Origin: Klebsormidium nitens
Taxonomy: Eukaryota; Plantae; Klebsormidiophyceae
DNA length: 64,000 bases
NCBI GenBank assembly: GCA_000708835.1
Contig: DF237178.1
Location: 1 to 64,000, forward strand
Reading direction: 5' to 3'
Part shown: positions 52,700 through 64,000 of the stretch, piece after piece
How positions within the stretch are numbered: the stretch's first letter is position 1
Layout: each line of letters opens with the position of its first letter
Program-made: the position numbers and the translations under genes
Notes under the pieces: model-generated
The model's database searches: none
Seen by the model: the letters and a program-made list of their open reading frames with translations, nothing else
What the model was told of the DNA's origin: nothing

Positions 52700-53420
52700 T
52701 CTGCATGGACAAGCGGCGGCTAGGCGACCGCACGTGCGATATGACGGTACAGTGTGCGTATGTGGGTCGAGCTCACATGCTCTGGTGCCCCGCCTTCACA
52801 TATGAATGCAGGGACTTGCCAGGCCACGTACCGTCGTGACCACTCAACCTAATTAAATTGCATGTTACTGCCGCAGGGGCACATGCATGCATGCGCGTGC
52901 ACAGCCTTATGCCAGACCCATGAGGCCGCGTTATAATGTATATGCGGTATTAACTGGTATAAAGATAAGCATATGAACACGGACACGCGCTGAATCAACG
53001 TCACCCATGTACCTGGGCCTGGCGCCACGTCATGTACCAAAGTTGGGTATACACCTGGAGCCTGTCATTGCGTGCATACAGCTGGCCGGCTCATCGTAGG
53101 GAACATGTGTGCGCCTAAAGATATATGAAGAAGTCTACATGGGCATAACTGAGCCTGTCATGTGCTGTCCATAGCATGTGCTGCGGTGACAATCAATTCG
53201 CCGCCTAGTTTGATGGGCTGTCAGCTTAGGCCTGGCTATCAATGGCAGCATGGCAAATGCTTCACATGCTTGTGCCTCTCGGATTGCCCATACATTTGCG
53301 CCGCGCAGCCACAGAACTTGTCCCGCAAGAACAGTTTATGAATTGCTTGCCTGCGACGATGCCCATGGATCGAAAGGCACGCAATCTCGATAAGCTAACG
53401 GATCCGAGCTGCATGTAGAT
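52700..53420. other. CATG-rich non-coding tract between the convergent ATG18 and PAF1 3' ends; probable decayed repeat
   Basis: Roughly 16 CATG in ~650 bp (about 2.5 expected), consistent with methyl-CpG decay. No termini identified. Confidence 0.3.
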
Positions 53421-53544
53421 ACTCCAAGAAGGCACAGTCTTCATCGATCACCCATAATTTTGACCCGCCCAAACACACTTCGGCCTTCATCGATCCACAA
53501 GGCAGAGCACGTCACAACGTCTAGAGCCGCTTGCACATCCGCCG

Positions 53545-56500
53545 TCAGTCCTCATCTTCGTCCCGCTGCCCCGCCTCGTCTTCCTCCCCGCTCTCGTTCC
53601 CCCTCTTAGGGCTGTCCTCATCGTCGCTGTCCCTTCGAGCAGCACGCTCCGCGGCCCGGGCGGCCCGCGCCTCTTCTTCCTGCCGCTCCCTCTCCTCCCT
53701 TTCGGCCTCCAGCCGCTCCTCCTGATAAGAATCAGTGGAAAATCAGAGCGCACTCCACGCTTTGCTGAAAGTGTGGCAATCCTACACTCAAGTTTCCATA
53801 TGCAAACACGATTTTGAAAATTGAAGAAGCTCCAACGAGAGACGCAGTCTATTTGGCCCTCTTAGCGCTACGGGACGTTCAAAGACCATGAGTCACAACA
53901 AGCGTGCAACAACCCCTGACAAGAACTCTATGTGTCGCAAGTGTCGCTCGATTCCGACGCTATCGGAAGTTGGACCCGGGAACCCGCTTCCAATTCCCAA
54001 GCCCGTGCTACAATACGGTACCCACTTCTCTGTCCGGTTGCAATACCGGTAGGTGGACCCTGTGTCTGGGGCTACCGTGCACCGGAACCGAGCGAAAATA
54101 CCGTGCACGATCCTCAACACGTAACCGTGGGCCCGGACAGCTTTGATGCAGACTGCTGTCGGGTCAGCTGACGCGCTCGCTCGTTTGCGACCACTCCCTT
54201 TCTGGTCAAAAGCAGCACCATGATGCGAGTCGTTTGCAGAAAAAAGTGCAAAGTGCGTGAACCAGGACTGACCTCTTCTATCCTGGCAATCTTCGCAACC
54301 CGAATGTCCTCCTCGATTTCCTCTTGACTCCGCTTTTGGACAGTTACCTGCAGCTAGGAGAGGAGCGTCAAGAAGCTTGTCAAAACGCATTGTGCGTACA
54401 AACGGTTCGCATACTTGCTTCAAATCACGTTTGACTCGAATGCGCACACAAAGACAAACGACTATGTTTGCAAAAAGCTTGTAAACTGCCACGTGTCCGC
54501 TAAGTACCACAAGGCCTTCTCATACAAGATCAAAACAATACAGCCCCAGGCGCGAAATGAAAAGTATCTTATTCTGCTTCGAAGTACGACAATCGGCTCC
54601 ACAAGGCCTCTCTAAACGATAGCACAAGGCGCCTCACCCTGCTGGGCTGCCGGAAGGCCCCGTCGTCCTCTCCGTCGGAACCCGGCGCCTGTCGAGACTC
54701 CCGCGCCTTACGCTTCTTCAGCTTGAGGCCATTCTTTATGGGCTGCACACGAGAGAAAGCGTTCGACGGTTAAGAGTGGCGGCTCGATCGGATGAGATTG
54801 CAAGTCGCGAGGATGTCTTCGTAAATCCGCTTTTCGGGCGCTCGAAAAGTTACGACCGAAATTCCTTTGTTGTGAGGGTTGCGTAGCCGCAAAGAACGGG
54901 TGATGTTTCACATATGCGAACGGTTGCGGTGCCTTTGAGCAGAGCTGTGATGCGGAATGCACGACGGGTGAGGCAAGGACGTCAAATAGGTGCTCTTAAC
55001 CAGAAATTACTCACTCGAACAAAGTAACAGCTTAACCTCATCCGAAACTCCCTCAAACGCTTTATCCGGCTCTAAGTGAGACTTAACGGTGATCAATCGA
55101 GGAGCAGACCTAGCATGCGACTGCCAAAAATCGTCGAAGCAACACGGCGTCCCGAGTGCCCCGCGCATTCAAGGGTCTACTATTTCAGCTTTGTAGCCGC
55201 TTGGTTGGTCTCTTTGAAAGACGGCTCTTCCTTACCAGGTAAGCCACTTGGTCATCCTCAAAGTTAAGAACGAAGGTGCTACGTCCGGATTCCGTCGGCT
55301 GGAGCTGCCAGTTGTACTCCCGCACCCAGTCAAACTCAACCTCACGGTCTTCGGGGTCCGCGCCAACCTGCCACGTGGCATAGAAGGAAGATTAGTCCCA
55401 GAACAACTAGAGGGGCGAGAGACAAAGTCACCACTTGTACTCGCACTTTCGACGAACTCCACATCGAGATCCGTACCAATGTTGCATAAAAGGTAAGGTG
55501 TTTTTGGTAAACAAGCTTTACGTGAAAGCCTGACCTACTTCCATCACTAATATTCTCTCAAAAGCTGGTTGATGTTTGTTGCGCGTGGCATGGAAGGCAA
55601 GGTCGCTTTAGGGCGAACTAGCTTCACGTGAAATCCTGACTGGAGTCCATTACCAGTGTCCTCTCAAAAGGTGGTCCAATTTCGTTCAAAATACTGGACA
55701 CGACACAAGCCTTCAGCTATCTTGAGCAGTATTAGCAAACGAAGCGGCAATACTGGATGGAGGGAATCGAGTAGGAACGTAGAAATGTAGAAGCGGACTC
55801 CAGGTCCGGCGGAACGCAACTTGCCAGTATTCCTCTCAGACTGTCGTCGAGAAGGTTTGCAGTGCCTCGTAACCTCTCGTCTTGGGCGCTTTAGACACAA
55901 CAATGAGGGCGACAACAGAGGCACGGCTACAGCAGGAGCTCAACGCGTTCTATAAACTTTACATGGTGCAGTTCTAAATCTCCAAAAAAGCCTTGACATG
56001 TGGGAGAACAGAAATGAAGAAGCTCAACGACCTTCATTCCTGAGCGCAATTTGAAGGCGCTCACCTCTTCCAACGAGGGCACCATGTAGGCAATAAACTT
56101 CTCGGGCGCCTGCCCCTCGTCGCCTGGTATTGTGAACCCCTTCATCATCGCCTGGAAAGAGTCGGCTAGAGAGTTAGACGCACATTCTGATATGCATCGG
56201 CAAAAGCCAAATAGGTGCCCCTCGTTGAGTGAGCACTAGACGGTGGCCCTGAAAAGACAAGCCGTTTTCAAAGCAAATCCTTAGGAAAGGCTTTGAGTTA
56301 GCGAGGCAGTAGAAGCGGCTTGACCGTCAAGACCCTCGAGCCCTCCCCACGCCTTGCCAGGCTGTCCAGCAGTCCCGACAAGATTTGAACCACATAAAGC
56401 GCACACCTTTGAGTAGGACTTTTCTCGATAAAAATTGGTCGGACGCAAGTACTGGGCTTCTGTGCTTGACAAAGGCAATCAACCACCCGGTTCATCGAGT

Positions 56501-59500
56501 CACCCGCGCATACAACTGACGCTGTCATTAAGCTGTCAGATTGCCACTTGACGAGATCATGAAAGAATCTGAGCTTTTTAAGGTTGAACCTTTCCTTGAT
56601 CACCCGCACAACCGAAGGTATCGCGACTCTTGCAACGGACGTCCGAATCTCACCCTGGCCGCCATCCCTTCGCAAACGTCCGTTCCATAGTGCCGTTCCA
56701 ACGAACTCATAACCCACTTACGCATGCCCAAAGTGAAATCCAACATTCGACTTCCGGATTTTCAAGGAACGTCCGAATTTTACTCTGGCCGCCATCTCCT
56801 CCCGGACGTCCGCCCCGTAGCCTCGGTGCCGCTCCAATGAACTCTCAAATCCGGAACAGACGCCCAGATCAAACTCCAACATTTGACTTCTTCCGATTCT
56901 TGTGAGGACGTCCGAAGCTTACCCTGGCCGCCATCTCCTCCCGGACGTCCGCCCCGTAGTGCCGGTGCCGCTCCGACTCGGCCGTCGGCTCCGCGTCGAA
57001 GACCGCCTGCACGAACGGGTCGTCGAAGCGGTCCGCGTCCGGCAGCAGCTGCAGCACCAGCTCCGGACGTAAGTGCGGCTTCGACGCGTGCACGGGGGGC
57101 AGCTGCGCAGCCACGAACGTCGCCTCGATGCTTGCAAGCTGCTTCTCCCTGCATAGAAGGAGTTTTTAGTGGAGGGCTCAGCTCCTTTCCTTTCCTGCCG
57201 TTCTTCTTGTGGTGAAGTATCCTCGATGTTCGCAGCTTGCTAGACTGACTCGAAGACGTGAACGGGTGGCAGCTGCGCGGCCACGAATGTCGCCTCGATG
57301 CTCGCAATCTGCGTCTCCCTGCGATTGGTAATGATTGAGGGACACAGCTCCTTCTCTTTTCTCGATTCAATCAGATTCGAACCCTCGATGTTTGGAGATT
57401 GTTTAAGATGCACGGGGGCGGCAACAAAAGTCGCCTCGATGCTCGCAGTCTGCTTCTCCCTGCAAATTTGACATTTAGAGAGTCAGTAAGTTGAGCTTTT
57501 GGGCGTCTGTAAGCAGTGAGAGATAACAGCGGCAGCACCGGCTTCGAACGTAAGTGCGGCTTCGACGCGGGGACGGGGGGCAGCTGCGAGGCTGCGAGGT
57601 TCGTTGCCTCGATGCTCGCAATCTGCTTCTCCCTGCAGTAAGGTTTTAGAGTGTAAATTTTGTTTTTATGTCTGCCTCCCCAATCCATATCCGAAAACCA
57701 AGGGTCCTTCGAATTTCGACGTTCGCTATGTTGAAAACGGTGGCGTGCACAGGAGCCAGCTGAACGTCGCCCTTCGTGCTCACTCCCTGCCGTGCGCACT
57801 GCGGGAGTGAGTAATGTCGTCGCAATTCAGGGCTGGACTTTCGAAATTCGGAACGGCGTGCGGAGGACCACCTTCGCAGCAATAAACGTCGATATGAGGG
57901 TTCGCCTTCGGAACGCGAAGCAAAGGAGGTCGTACTCAGCAACCTGAAAGCTGCGCAGATGTTGTTGCTACATGTTGGGCACTGATTGAGGCGTCTGAAA
58001 AGAGGTGAATACACCCCTCTCCTCCAACCCAGATGACAGCCTGAGAGCAATCGCAAGGCGCCTCATGTTCCTTTTTGTAGCTTTGGCTTACCGGTCCGTC
58101 TTGCCGTCCATGTCTTCCAGCAGCCCCAGCATCTCGTCCCGCTTTTGCTTCAACTGCTTCTCGTTCAAGCCCAGCTGCGAGGCAGGTCGAGCGACGGTTT
58201 GACAAGCAGGTCTTCAATCGACCGACCATTTTGATCATCCAGCTTCAAAGCGAGGCGCGTATGTCAAGGGTGAAAACGCTTGAAATAGGAAATGGGTCGT
58301 AAGCAACCAAGATGCGTTCACACCGTATGAATGTTGACGAAGGCCCACGTGTTCCGATTCCCTAGACACCTAAACACCTTGGTTGTGACCTAAGCATTCA
58401 AAAGAACGAAGAAACACCGAAGTCCGTCGTGCCTCACAGCAAACCGCACAGTAAACCCGCAGCTATTCGATCCGTCTGAGGCAAACCCGCGTCTCGAATG
58501 CAAGCAACAATACGAGCGCAGGAACCTGGGGTCATGGTATCGCCGCTCACGTTCTTTGTCGTTTCTTGGTCGATGTTCGAGATGTACGACGTGCGCACGA
58601 GCCACTTCATGCCTTCCTCCGCGGGGCGGTCCTTCTTCTTGATCACGCTCGTGCTCGCCAGCTTCGTCTTCACATCGTCCTGCAACAGCGCGCGGTCCTC
58701 GGGGTCCATCGGCGGGCGCTGGTCGGCGGGAGGGGCACTGCGAAACAGAATCTTGAGATCTGGAGATGAACGCATTATGGCACTGTCGGACAGTTCAAGG
58801 TTTTGAAGAACTGATGGATCCAACAGAAGGGGGGACAAGCATGCGGAGAGAGACGCAGTCGGCATGCTCATCAGTTGGGGGGCGCTGTGACGACACACGT
58901 CGAAGACCAAAGAGTATAAGTTTTGGGCAGGAAAGGCGTGAGGGACAGTGGTCCGGTGGAAAAGGGCATGCGAACATAAGGAGTTAGGTTCTGAGAAGCA
59001 GGAACTACCGGTAGGGCGTGTGGTTGTGGAGTGGGGTGCTCAAGAGAATGTGGCTGTGAAAGTAAGAATTTATGCCACAAGGATGAGATGGCTTTGGTGA
59101 GAGTGGGCGGAGGACACGGCCTCCTACAGGATTTGCTGATGCATAGACTTTTGAGCCTCTTGCCTATCCTCTCCTTAGAGCCTGGGCTGCCTCTTGTCCT
59201 GGCTCAATAAGCTAGGTAAGCTTGAAGGCCACTTTGGTGCCCAAGAATGGGCCATAAGATTGAAATAGACTTCAAAAAGAGGAGGGGACCAGGAAACACG
59301 ATTGTGCGAGCGCTCACTCATACACGCTAAGGTCCATAAGGTCTAGAGGGATCCCCAGATCCGGCTCCATCAGCAGCTTGTGCTTGTACCTCTTCTCCAG
59401 AGTCGTGATTGTGTACTTTGTATACCTGTACACATGTTTTCCTACTTTGGTTAGAATCAAACAAGGCCCTATTCTGAGCTCAACAGGGCAGTGGCTTGAT

Positions 59501-60996
59501 TCTTCATCTGACGTGAAGGGATAACTTGAAGCATTTTGCACTCAACACTATGCAATCGCATTTTTTGGAGGATTCCTGTTGGGCGAGAGAGCGCGAAGAG
59601 CACAATTGACAACATCATGAAGTGATTGCCACATATAAGCAAATGCGTTTACTTGGTCGAAGGATGATCAATACGCCCCTTGGTTGATCATTGAAGTGCC
59701 CATCACAATGCATGCCCGAGCTGCGTATGACACATCTCTGCCTTCGTATCAACACCATCAGAGGCTCACTGACAGACTTCCATCAAGACCTCAGCTTAGA
59801 GTGTTTGAGTCCTCAGCCCAGTCGCCAGTATCATCAGGTGCTCTCACCTGTCGGGATCCAGGTCTGTCAAAAGAAACTTTGGCTCCCCAAGAACCTCGGG
59901 CAGTTCGTTCCGAAACCTGCAGAGAGAAGAATAGCCAATCTATGCAACAAGGCAAATGCGAACTTTGGCGTATTCTCAGTGACCCAGATTTTGCAAGCTT
60001 CCAGACATCCAAGTCAATTGGGGAAACTCCTTTGGAAACCTTATAGGTCGTTACAGCTTTAGCCCCAGCTCAACAATCGCCGCCCTTGCTAGCTCACAAA
60101 CTGATGAGTTTTGCTGGTGGTGGTATAACATTCTGAGCATCGGGTCTCTCAGAAGCATTCAAAACCAGACCACCACTGCTTCAGGTTTGAATGTAAAGTC
60201 CTCAACAAGCAGCGCAAGAAGTGCTATCTACAACACAAAGATTCAATGATGTAACGACAGCATGCTGCACCCCACCAGCCGCAGCAAACGAGGCGTCAAA
60301 CAACAGCACTCTCATCGAACGTCAAGCATTGCAGAGCACGCACTTTATCCTACACACAAAATTGGTCGGCCGCTTCAGCCTGTTCTGCTCCTTGCCCGCC
60401 TCCCCCGGCTTCCGCTCGGGCTTCGTCCCCTTCCCGCCCTGCTTCGCAGCCGCTTGCTGCGCGGCCTTCTTCTGCTCGGCGCGCTTCCGCTCCTCGTACT
60501 TGCGCCTCTCGTGCTCCTTCCTTTTCTTCCTCTCCTCCTCAGTCTCGACTTTCTTCGTTGGCCCCGGAGCAGCGGCGGCAGGAGGGGGGGGAAGCGGAGC
60601 AGGTTGTTTTGGAGGGGGTACGCTTCCTTGCGGATGCGCGGGAGGCTGCATCGACTGCTGATTGTACCCCCCAGGATACTGATACTGATCCTGGTAGGGA
60701 AACCCCGAGTACTCATACCCCGGATAAGGCGCGTGCGCTGGAGGGTAACCAGGAGGCTGAGGCGGTGGTGGGGGCTGTTGTATCTGCGAGTAAAAGCTAG
60801 AATTAGGAGGGGGGTACTGCGCCAGGCCCGGCTGGTCGGGTGCCCCATACTGTAGGGGCGGCTCGGCAGGGGTTTTTATGTCAGTGTCTTTTGGCGGGGG
60901 GTACTGCGCCAGCTCTGGCCGCCCCGGGGCGCCATACTGCAGCGGGCGGCTGTCTTCGGCGGGCAGTTTGGCGGGCGGAGAGAAAGTGGTCGCCAT
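53545..60996 (-). CDS. PAF1: RNA polymerase II-associated factor 1 (PAF1/ELF7), multi-exon
   Basis: First exon 60996-60344 (Pro/Gln-rich, ends NRLKRPTNFVCRIK), then FRNELPE, YTKYTITTLEK...EPDLGIPLDLMDLSVY, DRPAEEGMKWLVRTSYIS, exon 57148-56923 (REKQLASIEATF...LLPDADRFDD), PEKFIAYMVPSLEE, WVREYNW, and an acidic last exon 53721-53545. Confidence 0.93.
56636..57640 (-). repeat. Junction-spanning repeats on both sides of PAF1 exon 57148-56923 (3 extra acceptor copies, 2 extra donor copies)
   Basis: GCAG|GGAGA(A/C)GCAG...AGCATCGAGGC at acceptor positions 57151, 57321, 57462 and 57635. ATGGCGGCCAG(G/A)|GT...TTCGGACG at donor positions ~56922, ~56783 and ~56653. Confidence 0.9.
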
Positions 60997-61503
60997 GAGG
61001 ATGAGAAACTGTCAACCCAAGGAGGATGCTCACAAGCGGAACACCATACCACGATCCTCAGTCCAACCCTGAGCAGTCAACATCGTTGAGCGCCAGGCAA
61101 TCACTCGATGCTCTACTGCGGCGTTGCCCTCCTTCCTTGCACAACCTCCACTGCCAGGCTCTGAAGTCTGAAGACTGCGGTACAAGCCTGCCCTGCTGCC
61201 ACTGGTTTTCCGAGCCATGCTTGAACTTCTCCAAACTGAGCGGGCCCAAAGCTTACAGAAAACAGAAAACGGCGACCTTGCTACCTTCGACAAACACAGG
61301 CAGGTCGCCGGTTCCCCCGCAAAGCGACTTCACCGTTTTGAGGTTCTGAAGAAGGGCGGCTCTAGCTGCGACCAATTGGACAGCAACGCAGAGCCGGGAT
61401 GCACAATCTCAAAGCGTGCCACCACCAAGCATTGGCAGGCCAATGAGAACAAAAAGTACAATGAAGCAACCTAAATGATGCATAGAGAGCTGCCATGTAA
61501 CTG

Positions 61504-64000
61504 ATGGGAGGCTCAAAACTACCCCTTGATCTATTCACAAAGATGAGTTCGCATGGTAAATCAATGAAGGGCTACAGGTCTCTGCGCAGTCTAATGTTTT
61601 CTCTTATCCTCTTGTCATCAACGATCGATGTAGCATTCTGTATGCCAGCTCAATTGCTCCCGACAGGGCTGCTCCAATCTTTCTTGACCCCAATGCAAGA
61701 AGATGGAAAGGCGCCAGGTTTTGGGGTAGAAACTTCCAAGACTGGACTTCGATTCCACAATCCGCTAGAGGAGATCAATGTGGAGAGCATGGTGGTACAG
61801 ATCAATGAGGAAGTGCAGCTCTCCGTCACGCCCCAGGTCGTGCCGGAGAATGCTGGCTGGGTGACTGTGTCCTGGAGAAACGTGGACGAGCCATCAAGTC
61901 TTGATTGGATTGCAGTGTGAGCATTACCTACTTGTGCTGAAGATGACAAAGTGGCTTCATCTGTTGTGCACAGATATGATGACCAGGCAGTGCCCAATGG
62001 GCTTGAACCCACATTCTTTGTCCTTCTAGATCCTGATCAACCTCTCACCATCATGAACTTACCCCCTCTCTTCTCTTTCCTTAGGTCTTCATCAATTTCC
62101 GATCAGGTCAGATAAGTGGTGCAGTCAAACATTTGAGTGTGTGATCATGGAGTCTTGTGATGTTGGCCAGTCTGCCCTTCAGGGGCATTTCAAACTAATT
62201 GGGGGCAGAGCACAAAAGTTTGGGTACTGCTTCAGTCCATCATAATGAGCAACTGACTGCCCTTGAGAATAAGTTTCACATACGCTCTAGTTGCAGTGGC
62301 ACAAAGTGGTTTCCCATGGGTTCTGAAAGCAAGCCTCCCTTTGTAGTCAGAACTTGTAAGAGGTCAAGCAACAGGATGGCTTTCCCATGCTTCAGACTTC
62401 ACACATCTCCAGGTTGTTAGTCAACTTCTTGGTTGTTTCTAGTTCCCGGTGTCTCCTATTACACTTCCTTGCATAATACTGGTGACAAAGATAGAAGCAC
62501 TACTAAATAGGCACGTTTGACATCTTAGGTACGTGCCGGCTGATGCGGACCCTACGCTCACTGCCCCCATCAAGTTCAAGATGGCAGTCACTGACCCTGG
62601 ACACCTTGCAAGTGGCAGTGGGAGCGTCAGGTAAGCGCTGTCGCAATTCTGGCTTGGACCTCCATGTTATTCAGATCTGAGTGAGGTTGAGCTAGCGAGT
62701 CTTTAATAGGTGACTGCTTTCCTCTGAACAAGGACTAGGAAATGTGGTTCCGATTCTGACTTGATTGACCAAAAACACAGGATTATTATGATGACGAACT
62801 CAAGCCTACCGCTTAAAAGCCGGCTTTCTGTTGCATGCAGGTTCCGATTGATAAACATGAGGGCCGATGTTCGGTTTGCCTTCTTCCGTGGAGGCTTGAA
62901 GGCGCCGCATCTGGCGGCTTGGAGTCAGGCAGTGGTGTTCGCCGACCCAGATCGAGTGAGTTCCGGGAACCAAGGAGGTCATCTGGAGCCTCCTGAACCA
63001 ATCAAGAAAAATGGACAAAAAGGGATGATCACTCGAGGAGATTCTGATGGACAAGTGGATTGGCACATTCGACACTCTTTGGTTGTTCAGACAACTTCGA
63101 TTCGCTCGTCTTGCATTCACCGTTGCGTACACCAAATTTGACACTGGCAGCCTCGACTTACAGAAATGGAGGTCCTCAGTAGGCCCAGTGTCAATCACCT
63201 TAATACAATCCTCGCTCCCTTTGTACTTCTAAGTTCTTCACAATGTTTTGCAGCCCATGGGGGTGCACTTGGCCCTGACCGGGACCCCCGGCGAGATGCT
63301 CGTCAGTTGGACTACGAAAGAGCGCGGGGAGGAGCCAGAGGTGCATTGGGGGCAGCGCCCGGGGCAGCTGACGAACAGAGCCCGTGCCGAGACTACCACA
63401 CACAGCCTAGGCGACATGTGTGGGGTAGGGATCTGAAACCAATTCGACGCGTTTCCGATTCTCAAGCGAGTACGTCAACGGTTCTCGTCCATTGGGTCAG
63501 CAAATGAACGTCCCTTGGTTCGAGGAACAAAAAATCACGCAAAGGATTAAGCGGTCGAGGCAGAGTTTGGAAGGGTCTGACAAGCAGCTGAATGGATCGG
63601 CAAGAAGCAAACTTAGAAGCGTAACGCTCTCCGCGTGAGGTATGGACTACGAGCTACTTGCAAAACTTCGGATATTCAAAGTACGTGCCTGTCTGCTTTC
63701 ATGACGATTCGGACAACCTCATTGGCAAGGGTAAGTGTTTTCCAGTCGTACGGTCCTTGTCGCACGGCCGTTCCCTTGGTTGGACCGCCTCAGACTGAGC
63801 CCTCCATACTTTCACTCCCGCAGGGTCCTGCGAAATCGGTCGGTTGGATCGACCCCGGGCACTTCCACTCGGCGCTCATCAGTGGGCTGCTCCCGGAGGA
63901 GACCGTGTACTATCGGGTTGGCGAAGCGGGGCGGAATCTGAGCGACGAGTTCCGCTTTGTTGTAGCTCCACAGGTCAGAAGCCGCCCTCTCACGTGCAAA
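61504..64000 (+). CDS. Purple acid phosphatase (large plant nucleotide pyrophosphatase/phosphodiesterase type with N-terminal Fn3-like domain), 5' part only
   Basis: Exons ~61504-61916, 62529-62630, 62841-62955, 63254-63424, 63824 onward. WVTVSW...PSSLDWIAVY, APIKFK, SGSGSVRFRLINMRADVRFAFF, VHLALT...MLVSWTT, TTHSLGDMCGGPAKSVGWIDPGHFH...L...YYRVG. The start ATG is uncertain (61504, 61543 or 61564) and the gene runs off the window. Confidence 0.88.

Noticed and set aside
53950-54170. Distinct-composition segment in the last PAF1 intron with ATACCG/GGTAC motifs
   Set aside because: No TIR, TSD or clear homology to other repeats in the window.

Overview
Eukaryotic nuclear DNA with GC-rich exons and many GT-AG introns. 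Gene content (KAC kinesin, plant-type PAF1/ELF7, ACA, EG45-like protein) and composition point to a streptophyte alga such as Klebsormidium; this is inference and cannot be confirmed here. Eight intron-containing genes were reconstructed by hand: P2B Ca2+-ATPase (+, 3273-15044), RPS13 (-, 16221-18187), UV-damage endonuclease UVDE (+, 18753-24506), a secreted Cys-rich/Pro-linker/DPBB protein (+, 29757-33566), KAC kinesin-14 (-, 35535-~47540), ATG18 (+, 48694-52284), PAF1 (-, 53545-60996) and a purple acid phosphatase cut off by the window end (+, ~61504-64000). There is also a 650-bp TIR element, decayed repeat-like tracts and a 324-N gap. The most unusual structure is a recurring set of degenerate tandem copies of intron-exon junctions ('splice-junction echoes') in four unrelated genes, where the working exon is always the innermost copy. 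Also notable: a UVDE with an in-frame transit-peptide-like extension ahead of a second ATG, an ACA apparently lacking its autoinhibitory N-terminus, a KAC with a near-canonical switch I, and GTAC-saturated islands. Coordinates were read by eye and may be off by a few bases.
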